Of a stretch of 64,000 nt of DNA, positions 1-12,637 are shown piece after piece (position 1 is the stretch's first letter; every line of letters begins with the position of its first letter). Where the stretch lies: NCBI GenBank assembly GCA_977016875.1, contig CDRNST010000090.1, forward strand, positions 2,108,001 to 2,172,000, written 5' to 3'. The DNA comes from Pavona decussata. Taxonomy: Eukaryota. Below the pieces are notes generated by a model that was not told where the DNA came from, ran no database searches, and saw nothing but the letters and a program-made list of their open reading frames with translations. Both the position numbers and the translations under genes were made by a program.

Positions 1-375
1 AATATGCAGACCTCGCACCAGAAGACACAACACTGAAAACAGTAAAAACACTGCGCACTTCTTTTGTCGCAGTTTCCACATTTTACGCCGGTAGAGTTAC
101 ATTCTTGAATGGCCAACACATCCAATAAGCTGTTCAATCGAAAGTTGGTGGGCAACTGGTCAGGAGTTCCGCTCCCAGCGATTCTGAATTCGCTACGACA
201 TTCAGGGCAGCTGATCTGTCCAACTCTGCCGCTTGTTCGTTGAAGCTTGTTCAAACAATGAAGGCAATAGCTGTGTAAGCACGGCAGAACTTTTGGATCA
301 GTGAACGTGTCTCCACACACAGAACAAGATAGTTACCTCTTCGTGAAGGTTAAAAAGTAAGGTTTCCGGATCCAT
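1..375 (-). pseudogene. TRIM-NHL copy 1, 5' part only (RING/B-box1); frameshifted; runs off the window start
   Basis: Near-identical to 17960-18330. ATG at 375 (MDPETLLFNLHEEV). A 4-bp insertion (agtt, ~331-334) relative to the other copies shifts the frame before the RING and gives an early TGA. Confidence 0.85.
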
Positions 376-1942
376 TACTAGCGTCGTAAGAAAGCGAAGG
401 TTTAGTTGAATACAATATGCATGGTGGTCTTGTGATCAGGTAATAATACCGACCAATCACGAAGTGTAGTTTTGACATGTTTTGGCTAAGTCTGAGTTCT
501 GAGAATGATTCCAAAAATATTCAAGATTTCTAAGAATTGAGATCACAAAAGCTTGACCTACAACTGATTTTAAGAAGCAGACGACAGGATCCTTCGGGAT
601 GATCTTACGACTAAATAACTGACCTTTAAAGGTTTAACTAACAAGGAAAACAATTTACACCGCTTTAATATTACGATCTGTTGTATTCATATTATTATAA
701 ATCCCTATATAGCACACCCAACTACTTTTAATAACATATGCGATTTTATTAGTGTTTCAGTGCACTTAAAATTTTCAAAAGTGTGAAGGTTGCAGTGGAG
801 GTGATGAAAAATGACAAAATAAGATCTATCGTGATTTTTCATGTTCATGCATCATGGAGATGAAGGAGCGATGTACGGTGATATGCTGTTGGTGGGTTGC
901 TGTAAGAGGTTCCCTTGATCGTTTTTGAGATTATGGTCTTCAGACAGATCCTTTCACAAAATTATTAAAAGATTGGGTGAACGACCGAGGGGCTTAAAAT
1001 AGCATGGATTGTTTGAATTGCCTTTAATTTAAGGGTGGGGGTAAAGGGGCAAATTTTGTCTTTCAATTCACGGAGGAAATTTCAGGCGGTTATCGAGATG
1101 GAAAAGATTAGATTCTATGCTTTGTCGCTTTGGCCTTCTCTTCCCTCGAACGTCTGTCGAAATTGAAACAACCACAGCCCTGAACATAGATCCATCGTCC
1201 ACACAAAGTTGTGCCACCTCTCCCCCCAATTCTTGGTAATACATTTGTATATGATCGTTGCAAGCAAAGTTTCGGGTCGTCCCGGAACCGATAACAGACC
1301 GGTTACCGAGATCTCCCTTCATGAATAACTAATTTAAATTTCACTTCTTGTAAATACGTATGCGATTGTAAACCCGAAATAAACACGGGCGCATATTTTT
1401 TTGGTCTCGTCTCGGGTTGGGTAGTCTGGTTATATGAGGAAAAGTTGTCTGCCCTACCTGCCGAGACGAGAACTTGTTTCCAAATAGTGTATACCCAAAA
1501 ATCTTCCTGCCACCCACTGGGGTCAGAAAAGCCGGGACTAATAAAATATGAAGCCCTGAGACTTCTTCGAAACACCTCCTCTGCAAAATTATTCTATTAC
1601 AACATCATCCATTTCAAAACGCACTTTTGGGCTAGAGGCTGCCCTCACAATCTCATTGAAGAAATAACCTCTGATTTTCACTGATTTTTTACAACAAAAC
1701 GATAAAGTGCGAAACAAAATTCTTTCTTTTGTCACAACTTACCACCCGACGTTGCATGCCTAACCTCAAAAACATCTTGAGGAGCAAATGACTTTTAATT
1801 CAAAACCAACCTTTGCTTCGAGAAATATTCTGAAGGACATACTCTTATTTCATACAAAAAAAAAAAACCGTCAAAAAAGCAAAAGTCACATTTCATACCA
1901 CCATACCACGTTAATATGAGTCGCGTCTGGCCTATCACCACT

Positions 1943-2723
1943 CCCGACGTAACTAATCGAACCAAATCGAACGTTCGATTAATCGAACTTAATTAAACCC
2001 AATCGAAACCAATCACGCGATTGGGTTCGATTGAGTTCGATAATCGAACACAATCGAACCCTCACAAAAAAATGGGCTAATCGAACCAAATCGAACGTTC
2101 CAATGGATTCGATTAGGTTCGATTGAGATCGATGGGTTCCATTGAGTTCGCGGATTGGGTTTGATTTTGCAGCAGTGAATATATATTTTTCTGGTTGGAT
2201 TCCCCCGGTCCGATTGTTAGTTAAAAATGGTGGTCGGAGTATGAGAACACACACTGTTTTGGGGATGACTCCAGCAACAAAAATTGATTTATTTTCCGTT
2301 TTGACGAATCCATGGACCGGACAGTGTCATTCAACATTCAACACTGCCACGTGAAGCTCCAAGCCTGTATCGGCTACGTGGATCTGGAAATACGTGCATT
2401 TGAACAATGATTTTACAGTAAACTCACTGTATTTTCTATTCCCAATGGTTATTTCAATAAAGTGATTATTAATTATTGTTATTAATTTTTACTTATATAC
2501 ATATGCTAAGACAGTCCCGCCGCTGAACTGGCATATTTTAAGTGATTTTTATATCGTTCGATTAGGTTCGATTGGGTTCGGAAATCGAACTCAATCGAAC
2601 TCTCACACAAATTTTTTGGTTCGATTGTGTTCGATTTCCGAACTAATCGAACCCAATCGTTCGATTAAGTTCGATTGGGTTCGATTAGTTCGATTACCGA
2701 ACTGTTCGATTAGTTACGTCGGG
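1943..2723. mobile_element. Non-autonomous TIR DNA transposon (MITE) with subterminal AATCGAAC arrays
   Basis: Perfect 20-bp TIR cccgacgtaactaatcgaac / gttcgattagttacgtcggg. 7-bp TSD caccact at 1936-1942 and 2724-2730. No ORF. Confidence 0.9.
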
Positions 2724-3600
2724 CACCACTTTATTTACTAATAACATTTATCGGAACATTTTTCGATTCATCTTCGGTGGAAAATGAAGTGCGATCCCGT
2801 ACATACATTCTTGATGCTTTGTCTTCAAATTTTACGGCTTACAAAACGCCCACAACCTCCTACATTATGCATGCTGCAATGCATGCCGCGCGCTTCCACG
2901 ACTCGTGGCCGCCATTTTGTTTCAAAGGTTTTATTTATGCAAAATTGCATAAATTACTGTGTGACGTCAACGGACGACATTATAACGCTCGGAATTCAGA
3001 CGTCTCTCTCTCCTGCGCCCCCTGTAAGTTAGGGGGAGGAGACGGCTAACATTTCAGACTAGCGGGAATTGAAAAGTTCAAATGCTTGGAGGGTTGCCGC
3101 CCCCATGAGGGGAGAGGGGGTGGAAAGGGGGTATATTGAAGGTTTCAATTGAGCGGCGCATAACAACTATTTAATACCACACAAGTAATGCAGTAATGAT
3201 CGACCGGACTAACTTTTACAGAGTTTTTAATACCTTTCACTTTTGCCTTCGTCTCTTAGAAAATTAAACGGTGAAGCGTCCGGTGCTGAGTTTTGTCTGT
3301 TCCGGCTGTACAACACTCTGCTGTGTAATGTCTTTTTATCTTAGAATGCCAGAACAAACAGAACACAGGAACGTACTACTAAGTACTTTCAATTTAACGG
3401 TTTCATTCACAGTCTTCGACAAACGTACGTGCAGTTTATATTACCCACTGCTGGGAGTCTGGTACCTAATTTAGTCACATTCTGTTGCTTGATACTGTAG
3501 TGACAAGTCAGCCATGAAACCATTCACCCGCCGGGTCTCGTGCAGTACAAACTGATTCTTTTACAACCCAATGACGTTGATGTGTGTGAGATTGGTCCGG

Positions 3601-5902
3601 CTATCGCAATCCAGTTTTTTGAATGAGTTGTCTGGTGCTAGCTGCTACTTCTTCAACAAGTTGTCGAGTTTGTTTTATTCTTTCAGCCATCTTGTTTACT
3701 TCCTCGGTTAACTAGGAAACAACAAACACACAAAATGTCTAATGAGTATGCTTGCTTTATTAGGCCGTGTCTTCGTCCACAGACCGAGTAAAAAATATAC
3801 CAGGATATTGCCGAAATGACGGGCGTTTAGCGAATCTTAGGTATAAGTATCTTTGAATTGATAAGCTCTCAAATTTCACCCTCTGATGGGTTGGCGTTAG
3901 CGATCGACAAATTTTTTATTGGCTGTAATGAAAAAACTCTGACAACATTTAGCAGAAGCTAAAAGACGTTCCACTGAATTCATTTACCAATCAATGTCAA
4001 TGACTTCACCGCCACTTCCCACGATCACACAGAAGCAGTCACAGTAGTAGACTTTCCAAACAACAGAATATATGTGTCTAAGCACCGTATGTTCAAAGTT
4101 TCATTCTATTTACCTCATCCAAACTTGCTCAGTTTTTGTAATAGCTCCTCGTCCTCATAGTTCGGACCCAGCTCCTCTCTCTGCTCTTGAACCCAAATGA
4201 AAAACTGATCTCGCTGCCTCTTCTTATGACTAACAAAACAAGCAAAATTTGGTTCTACATTCAGTTGACAGGTACACGCCGTCAGAAAATCAACAGGCAT
4301 CAAGCAGCTCTTTTGGTTGGTAAACAACGCAACAACAACACTACAATTCAATATCGGACTGTTTTTTCAGCACAGTTAGTTAAACAGAGCTAAAGGACGA
4401 GAGAGCGGGAACGAAGTGACACAGCAGTATGCAAGCAGGTCTTTGTTTGGACCGAGTCAGAATAACCCTTTTCAAGAGTTTGAAATTGTGATTCTCCGCA
4501 CTGATTGACTCAAATATAAATTTTACTTGGTGCCAGGAACGTCTTGCCAGAGTTGAGTTTAGGCAGTATAGAAAGTAAATCTCAAAAATTATCATGAACA
4601 CGAAAATCCGCCAAGATAAGAGACGGAAAATAAATCTTTGTGCAGTTACAAACCTCACATTCTTGCCAAACCAGAGCTAATCTAAACACACATAAAAGAA
4701 TGATAACTGTACTTACTTATACGCTGCTTTCAAATCTTGAAATTCTTGCAGTGTATTCTTCATGGCGGCAATCCGGCTCTGGAGATCTCCCTCCTCTCTT
4801 AGCTGACTCTTTTCAGGCTCATCTTTCATATTCCTCAGTCCAAATCCATCCTCCCCCAGTTCCCCTTCAGAATGTCCCTCGTCTCTTTCCTCCCCTTCCC
4901 CCATTATCTCCCCCATCCTCATCCTTTGTTCACCATTCCGTTCTCTTATCTTTTCCTCTCTTTCATCTTCTCTTCTTAGCCTCTACTCGATGTGAAGGTG
5001 GCTGGAGAAGACGTCTCAAGTTTTTGACTGTCTAGGGAGGTACGAGGAGTGGACGCGAGATGCGTCGAGTTGGAATTACCCACCACCACACCCTGAGGTA
5101 AAGAGTCATGTAGTGAGGATGCCTTTGAGCGAGAAGGCAGGGTAAAGGACGACAGAGGCAATATCGTCTCTCTCTCTCTTGTTTTTTATTTTGTTTTGTG
5201 TTGTCAAGCGCTTCAATGACAGATGTTTGAACAGGTTTTGCTGCTGTCTCGCACATACCCTGCTGCTTGCTGTTGGTTACGACTTTTGTTAAATCTGAAA
5301 AGAACCAGCAATGTAATCAGCTGAGGGATTGATTGTTCACTTTCCTCGCTAGAGTTTGCGATTTTCTGTTTGAATTTCTTAGTCAATCAAAACAAGTAAG
5401 CGTCAAGTAAGGCGTGCACAGAAACAACCAAAGTCAGTAAAATGGCAACTTAATTGGCCGCCATTGTAGAAACACGTGGAGAAAAAGTTGGCAGATTAAA
5501 CAACTATAGCAATTATGGACATTTGACATTTGAACTGGTTGGCCTTTTTGAAAAAAAAACATACTACAAAACTGTGGCTTCTTACCGTATGCATCTTTCC
5601 CAGTCTTCTTCGATGTTTCTGCAACAACCAAAGATTCCTCCAGTGAAGAAGAAGGGAACACGATTGACTCCTCTCGAGCACGGTTCCTCTGGTGGGAATG
5701 AATATTGTTCCTTGTTTGATAACACGGCTGCGGTTGGGTGAGGCAAGGTTTTGTCTCATCTTCGCCTTTAGTTGTAACAAGCGTGGATGGTGCACTCGGC
5801 GGAAAATTTGTTACCATGGTTATTTGGGTGACGTTAAAGGGGTCCCTTTAGTAATCAGGTTTACCTGGTCTCAGATGCTCGTTGAAGGCTTCTGAAAAGA
5901 TT
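3601..5902 (-). pseudogene. SFI1 3'-fragment duplicate A (last four exons: 5586-5902, 4717-5294, 4114-4229, 3601-3711)
   Basis: Colinear with 50751-54488 including introns. In-frame TAA at 5848-5850 (TTA in the intact gene). Net +1 indel in exon 4114-4229. Homology to the SFI1 intron ends near 6100. Confidence 0.9.
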
Positions 5903-6701
5903 CTGTGGGTAAAACTGGAAAGAAACGGTGCATTAAGGTGGGTGAAGTGTATGCTGCCTGTTACTATACCGTCATGAAATTTAGAATCGTGTGTAGGTCA
6001 TAGACAATGTAAACTATGATTGCTAATTGATGGTGAGTGCGGAAATAGAATACAATTGCGGACGACTTGAAACCGAAGGGTTCATCAGTTTTAGTTGGGA
6101 TGGGCCCTCCTTTGTTTGTTAAAGGGAAAGCTAAAAAATGTTAAAAACATTATGTTTCAAACTCTAAATCCCAGTTTTAGGGCAATTCTATCTATGACCA
6201 TCTTTCCGGTGCTACACGCAGACACGATGTTTTTTTAAACTTTTGAAAAATGCTTGTGGGAGCTTCATCTCTCACCAAACAGTATGAGCCTATGTTTTGT
6301 CTCTTGCGACGTTGACACACGGAATTGACTTGGATATGACAACACCTGCTTCCAAACTCTCAAGCCTTTTCCTTTGTTTTGACACACTATCTTTCGTATT
6401 GGTTTTGAAAAGGAGGATTCTTCGACAGTTAAATCCAAATAAAATTCGTTCAGTGAATTTGAGAACGTATCCGCGCGAGAGTGCAGGCGATCTGCTCTGA
6501 TTAAGCACTTTGATAACCTCTACACACAGACGAGGTTGGACGCCATAATAATGGACGAGCTTGATGGCGTTGAATCTCTGAACGACGGAGGAGACATCAA
6601 GAATAAAATCCTTTTCTCAGTTTTGGTGGTAAGTGAAATCAAGTCTACCGTTCAGGTTCTTTGTAGTTCTTTGAGAAGTGTTTTTTACAAACAAGTGTTT
6701 C

Positions 6702-7054
6702 TGTAGCGGCGTTAGCTCCGTTGTCGGAGAGATCCGTGAAACTCAAAGAAAACTAAATGACTCACAGGTTCCACAAGGCTGAGAGGTTTATTGTGCCAAC
6801 TCTTACAGCAATCCTGTGTAGAAGGACGTGTTGGGGCGAACGCTCTAGTAGGTTCTGAGTTAAACAGCAATAGTTGATCCCGTGGTTCCCGTCGAATTTC
6901 TGTGAGCCTTATGGAAAATTACATACGTTTTCGTGGTGTAAAAGCTAAGGACACGTGACCACTAGCGGAAAATCCTTGTGACGTGTTGCGGTTACAATAG
7001 GCGAAATATCTAAAAATACTACGAAACAAACTAAGGCACGCGGGTGCCGTTACA
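6702..7054 (-). repeat. 3' LTR of BEL element 1
   Basis: Bounded by TG...CA; direct repeat of 11728-12075. Confidence 0.9.
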
Positions 7055-7182
7055 CTGCTTCCCTAAATGTTTCTTCATTTACTTATAAACGTAGTGACTT
7101 ATAAAAATGCTAAATAAAATCAAATATACGTCGATTAGGAAGCCTATTGGTAAAACTAAATATCAATCATTATAAATATTAA

Positions 7183-10100
7183 TCAGTTCTCATGGTCCTC
7201 TTTTGCCAAGAGTAGGACAAGCTTGAGCGCTGGTCGCTCGAAGAATTTTCTGTCTCCGTCTTTGGCGGTCATTATCTGTACTTTTCTGACAAGCTGGTCG
7301 CTGCTTGGATACGCTCGGGTGACTACAGCTAAGGGCCATTGATTTCTTGGAGATTCGTTGTCGCAGACTAGTACGACGTCTCCTTCTTTGATATTTCTTT
7401 TAGGTGTAGTCCATTTCTGGCGTTTTTGGAGTTGGGCACAGTATTCCTTCTGCCAGCGCAGCCAGAGTTGGTTAGCGAGGTACTGAGCTCTTCGCCAACG
7501 TTTGCGGGAATACTGGTCCGCTGACTCAAATTTTCCAGGCGGGGGCAGCACAACTTGGGTCTTGAGTGTCAGTAGGTGGTTCGGGGTCAGTGGTTCTGAA
7601 GCTAATGGATCTGACAGGTTCTCTACTGTTAGGGGACGGCAGTTGACGATACTCTCGGCTTCAGTCATAAGCGTACGTAGAGCTTCATCATCAAGCTGGG
7701 TACCATGTTCTAACAGCAGTGATGATAGGACTGATCTTGTGGTGCGTATTTGGCGTTCCCAAATACCTCCCATATGTGAAGCATGGGGAGTATTCAGATT
7801 GAAGTCAATCCAGTCGCAGTCTTGAGAAGACAGGTATTCTTTAACGGGTGTCGTGTCCAGTTCTTTGAGTGCAGCTGCGAGTTCGTTCTTTGCACCAACG
7901 AAGTTTGTTCCTTGGTCGGATCTAAGCTCACGGACTTTTCCTCTGCGGCTGATGAAACGTCTGAGTGCGTCAAGGAACGAATCTGTTGACATGGCGTTAA
8001 GGGTCTCCAAGTGTATCGCACGTGAGGACAGACAGGTAAATATGAGACCCCATCGTTTAAGCTCTTTTCGTCCTTCTTTAATGTAGAAAGGGCCGAAAAC
8101 ATCCATTCCAGTGTAGGTGAATGGAGCACTTGGTGTGACACACTCTGGGGGTAAGGGCGCCATCTGTTGATCTTGACTGCGGCCTCGTAATTTACGACAC
8201 AGTACACACTTGGCGATGATGTGGGAAATCAAAGAACGGCCATTGATAATGTGGTATCCAGCTTGGCGGATAGCGTTGTGCGTCATGCCATAACCTTGGT
8301 GGTGCTGCTTCCCATGATGGAACTGGCGTATCAGGAGAACTGTCACGTGACCATTTTTAGGCATGACGATGGGATGCTTGATTGCATAAGGAGTGGTCGC
8401 ATTCCTGAGTCGGCCGCCAACTCGAAGTAGGCCTTCTTTGTCGATGAATGGATCTAGCTTGTGAAGATTGCTGCTGAGCCTGACAACGCTGTTTCTTTTG
8501 CGCGCACTGTGGCGATCTTGAAATTGGTTATCGTTGCCTTCAAGCTTACTAAGGGTGTTGATCTCTTGTTTATAGTGGTAATGTTGAGTTGATCTCAGAA
8601 CTAAGTTCTCAGCTTGTGAAAGCTCTGTCACTGTGGGGGGTCCTTCTGTCGGACGCCAGTTATGCTTCTTGTTGGGTCTTAATCTTTCAATTGCTCTCTG
8701 AACTTGAACAATGCATCGTTTGACACGGTTGAACGAGGAGAAATGATTGAAGCGATCAGGTTCCAATATGTTCTGTCCGGTATAAAGGGTCTTTGTCTTT
8801 GTGGCTAGTGTCAATGCTGAATCCTTTCTGATTTCAATGTCTGATGGTAGTAGAGGACAAGCAGGCTGTGGGTGAAGTGGAAGTGGATCTTGTTGCCATA
8901 GAAACTTTGGTCCGTTGAACCAGTGGTCGTTCTGTAGTAACTCCTTTGGGGTTAAACCGCGAGAAGCTTCATCGGCTGGAATTTCCTTCCCGGGGACATG
9001 GAACCACTCTCTTGGGGAGCTTCGGTCTCTGATATGCTGTACGCGGTTGCCAACGTACACATGGAAGCGACGTGCGTCATTGTTGTCACCTATAACGATC
9101 TCAGAGTCGGTGTAGTAATAACAACGGATGTCTTCAATGTCAAGTTCACTCTTGAGCATTGTAGCTACGTTGACTGAGATAACGGCTGCTGTTAGCTCTA
9201 AGCGTGGTATAGATATAGGCTTGAGTGGTGCGACTCTGGATTTCGCCATGAGGAAGGTAACATGAACCTGATTCTTCTGGTTGATTATGCGTAGATATGA
9301 GACTTGGCCCACACCGGTGTCGCTTGCATCTGAGAAGCTATGGATCTCAGCACGAACAGGTTGGCCAAAACCTGCCGGTTTAAGACAGCGTGGGAACGTG
9401 AGCGTCTGAAGGAGAGGCAGCTCTGTCCGCCATTTCTCCCATAGTGGTAGAATATCCTCTGGTACTGGGTCGTCCCAGTTGATGTTCTGACGACAGAGTG
9501 CTTGTAGTATCTGTTTGCCGACTAATATGACGGGCGATACAGCTCCCAGGGGGTCGTAAACTGAACTTATGGTAGACAGGATCCCACGTCGGGTTGCAGG
9601 TTTGTCTTTCAATTCAATGCGAAATCCGAAGGTGTCCGATTCAATGCACCAGTACGTACCAAGGGACCTCTGGACTGGCATAGAGTCGTGTCTAAGGTCT
9701 ATGTCCTTAAGATCTTTGGCGCGGTCATCAGCAGGTAGAGCCACAAGAACTTCCTTGCGGTTACTTGCGAACTTGTGGAGGCGCAGATTGTTGCTTGCAC
9801 ACAAGGCTTGTGTATCTTTGATCAGACTAAGGGCTTGTTCTACTGTAGGTACAGATTTAAGACCATCATCTACGTAGAAATCTCTGCGGAGAAAATCTGA
9901 CGCCTGGTCTCCAAACTCTTTCCTGTGAGTTTCCGCTGTTTTATGTAGACAGAAGTTTGCTACTCCTGGGGATGAGGCTGCACCGAAGAGGTGTACGTTC
10001 ATTCGGTATTCAACGATTGGGCTTGAAAGGTCATTATTTTCAAACCACAGAAACCGGAGAAAGTCCTTATCGTCACAATTGACGTAGAAGCTGTGGAACA

Positions 10101-10881
10101 TTTGTTCAATGTCACAGGTGAAGGCCACTTCTTCTTTACGGAATCGCGTTAGTACTCCAATGAGGGAGTTGAGTTGGTCTGGTCCTTGGAGAAGATGCTT
10201 GTTCAGCGACTCGTTTTCGAAGACAGCACTGCAGTCAAACACTACTCGAATTTGATCAGGCTTTCGCGGATGGTAAACATTGAAGTGAGGAAGGTACCAA
10301 ACTTTACCTTCTGCTGTGTTCAGTTGATCTGCGGGGACTCGGCTAGCGTGACCATTATCAAGTGTCTTCTTCATAAAGGCTAAGTAATCCGACTTTAACT
10401 TGACGTCGTTCAAGAGCTTTCTCTTGAGAGACAAGAGTCTTTTCAGACAGTATTTACGGTTGTTTGGTAGGGTGATAGCATCTGTTTTGAAAGGTAGCGG
10501 TGCCTCCCAGTTTCCATTTGTATTCTTGTGTAGGCCTTTGGTAAGTATTTCTCTGAAGCGTTTGTCTTCTATAGACTCGGCTTGCTCAGTTCCACGAATC
10601 TTGCGACTGTGGTGAATCTCACTGTAGTCAAGTTCTATCATTTCGCGTACTTGTTTCGGACTTGTCATTTCCTTAGAAGATAATGTAGGGCTGATGAAAG
10701 GGTGTGTTCCAGGTGTTTCTATTGCGCGGTTTAGGAGCGTTTCCCTTTCCACAATCACTCGATTTACTGAGGCTGGTGTTGGTTGTGAGGGCTGATTCTT
10801 GCATACACGCCCAATTATTGTCCAGCCGAACTTGTACTGCTCTGCCCAGGGTTCATCCTCTTGACCGGATATGACGTTCAT
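7183..10881 (-). CDS. BEL/Pao pol: reverse transcriptase, RNase H, integrase (frameshifted from the upstream protease fragment 11056-11475)
   Basis: Motifs RVVFDCSA, DIEQMF, YVDD, FSDAS, IPRLELTAA, HHCC zinc finger, GMDVFGP, SDQGTNF, GGIWER. Upstream fragment has AVLDDQS. Confidence 0.9.
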   Translation of the reverse strand: MNVISGQEDEPWAEQYKFGWTIIGRVCKNQPSQPTPASVNRVIVERETLLNRAIETPGTHPFISPTLSSKEMTSPKQVREMIELDYSEIHHSRKIRGTEQAESIEDKRFREILTKGLHKNTNGNWEAPLPFKTDAITLPNNRKYCLKRLLSLKRKLLNDVKLKSDYLAFMKKTLDNGHASRVPADQLNTAEGKVWYLPHFNVYHPRKPDQIRVVFDCSAVFENESLNKHLLQGPDQLNSLIGVLTRFRKEEVAFTCDIEQMFHSFYVNCDDKDFLRFLWFENNDLSSPIVEYRMNVHLFGAASSPGVANFCLHKTAETHRKEFGDQASDFLRRDFYVDDGLKSVPTVEQALSLIKDTQALCASNNLRLHKFASNRKEVLVALPADDRAKDLKDIDLRHDSMPVQRSLGTYWCIESDTFGFRIELKDKPATRRGILSTISSVYDPLGAVSPVILVGKQILQALCRQNINWDDPVPEDILPLWEKWRTELPLLQTLTFPRCLKPAGFGQPVRAEIHSFSDASDTGVGQVSYLRIINQKNQVHVTFLMAKSRVAPLKPISIPRLELTAAVISVNVATMLKSELDIEDIRCYYYTDSEIVIGDNNDARRFHVYVGNRVQHIRDRSSPREWFHVPGKEIPADEASRGLTPKELLQNDHWFNGPKFLWQQDPLPLHPQPACPLLPSDIEIRKDSALTLATKTKTLYTGQNILEPDRFNHFSSFNRVKRCIVQVQRAIERLRPNKKHNWRPTEGPPTVTELSQAENLVLRSTQHYHYKQEINTLSKLEGNDNQFQDRHSARKRNSVVRLSSNLHKLDPFIDKEGLLRVGGRLRNATTPYAIKHPIVMPKNGHVTVLLIRQFHHGKQHHQGYGMTHNAIRQAGYHIINGRSLISHIIAKCVLCRKLRGRSQDQQMAPLPPECVTPSAPFTYTGMDVFGPFYIKEGRKELKRWGLIFTCLSSRAIHLETLNAMSTDSFLDALRRFISRRGKVRELRSDQGTNFVGAKNELAAALKELDTTPVKEYLSSQDCDWIDFNLNTPHASHMGGIWERQIRTTRSVLSSLLLEHGTQLDDEALRTLMTEAESIVNCRPLTVENLSDPLASEPLTPNHLLTLKTQVVLPPPGKFESADQYSRKRWRRAQYLANQLWLRWQKEYCAQLQKRQKWTTPKRNIKEGDVVLVCDNESPRNQWPLAVVTRAYPSSDQLVRKVQIMTAKDGDRKFFERPALKLVLLLAKEDHEN

Positions 10882-11727
10882 TGGTTGGAAAGCCGCTGGA
10901 ACATTTCGGCCGATGAGCAGGCCTATATCAACATCGGGGCGGTGCTGTATCTTGTCTGCAATGTGAGATAAATGTGTCCATTGACTGGCTACTCGGGGCG
11001 TGGCAATATCCTCGTGAGAAGCAGGAATGTACTCTTGTGAGTACGCGAACGGGATTTAGATTGGTGTATACTCATTGTCCATGTCTTGAATGAACAATCC
11101 AGCTACTTTCTTGGTTCTAATCGTGTTTGAGCCGACGATCGTGTTAACTTGTAGGTCGACTTCGGGTGCATCAACTTCCAGTTGATCTAGTAAGGTGTCG
11201 GAGATGAACACATCGGTGGATTGGTCATCTAGGACTGCATATGTGGTTAATTCTTTATTCGGGTTCGAGTGATGACTAACTTTCACCAGGACGATTCTAG
11301 CACACGACCGACCGGATTCCTCCCTCCCGCAGACTTGCGTGCAAGTTGTGGACGAATTCTCATTATCTGACGGCTTGGTGTCAATATGCATTGCTGTGAG
11401 GTGCCTTTTCTGGCAAATGTCGCATTTTGGTGGGTTGTGGTCGCACTTTTCGGCGAAATGCTTGTCTGAAGCCATGCACTTAAAAAATTCTTTTCTCTCG
11501 TCTAAACTTAGATCACGGAACTTCTGGCATTCATTTATTTTCCGGTGAGCACGTGCTCGACTCTTCTTGTCAGTTTTTCTTGCGTCTAAGTAACAAGAAA
11601 TGGAACGGACTTACTTGTTTTCCTCGGTTGACTGACCAAGTGTTTCCAGGGATGGACTTGCTGCCTTTAGTCTCTGACCTTTCACTGCTGGGTGCTGTAG
11701 GTCCTCAACTTCGGGTAGAAGTTCTTA

Positions 11728-12075
11728 CGGCGTCAGCTCCGTTGTCGGAGAGATCCGTGAAACTCAAAGAAAACTAAATGACTCACAGGTTCCACAAGGC
11801 TGAGAGGTTTATTGTGCCAACTCTTACAGCAATCCTGTGTAGAAGGACGTGTTGGGGCGAACGCTCTAGTAGGTTCTGAGTTAAACAGCAATAGTTGATC
11901 CCGTGGTTCCCGTCGAATTTCTGTGAGCCTTATGGAAAATTACATACGTTTTCGTGGTGTAAAAGCTAAGGACACGTGACCACTAGCGGAAAATCCTTGT
12001 GACGTGTTGCGGTTACAATAGGCGAAATATCTAAAAATACCACGAAACAAACTAAGGCACGCGGGTGCCGTTACA
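11728..12075 (-). repeat. 5' LTR of BEL element 1 (last few bases of its 3' end missing)
   Basis: Direct repeat of 6707-7054. The tgtag terminus of the other LTR is replaced by tctta. Confidence 0.85.
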
Positions 12076-12637
12076 GTTTCAGTTGATTCCTTCTTAAACC
12101 TTGCTATCTCGAGTCTCTACCTATCTTGAATATAAACTCATTTCCTTGGATACTGTAGTAAAGGGATTCGCTACAGGCTGTCTGGTCTTGAACTATGCTT
12201 TCTCGAATGATTGGCGAGACTGCTCGAGTTTACTGTTGATAGTTTTTCGACAAATCTAGACGTTGTATGGAGACAGGCAAGTTTTGCTTGTCTTCATACA
12301 AACGACTGTAAACAATCATGAACTTATAGAACCAAATCTTAACATAACTCTTTTTACTAATTTTAAGATGCTCTTTCCAGTGATGTCAATGGTTTTTTGT
12401 CAGCCAGCCGCAATCAAAATTTTAAATTCCCGAGAAAAAGGTCTATTAATTCTTTAAGCAACTGCTGGAAGATTAATTATTACGACATTAATATACAGGC
12501 ATGCAATAAAGCAAGAAATAAGGTGGAACAACAGTTTGATTACTGAACTGGGCTCTTTCATCGGCTATTTAGCATTCTATGAATATCCCATAAGGCGATT
12601 GAACACAAAAGAAAGATATTAATGTAACAATTATTTA

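Larger units (their letters stand above)
6702..12075 (-). mobile_element. BEL/Pao LTR retrotransposon 1 (most of gag deleted)
   Basis: LTRs 6702-7054 and ~11728-12075 with 2 mismatches seen. TSD gtttc at 6697-6701 and 12076-12080. Empty site at 42820-42824. Purine tract next to the 3' LTR. Pol order RT-RNaseH-IN with BEL motifs. Confidence 0.95.

Noticed and set aside
1943-2723. CRISPR-like array of short repeats
   Set aside because: Units are 8-10 bp, in both orientations, without unique spacers, and lie inside a TIR/TSD-bounded MITE in eukaryotic DNA.
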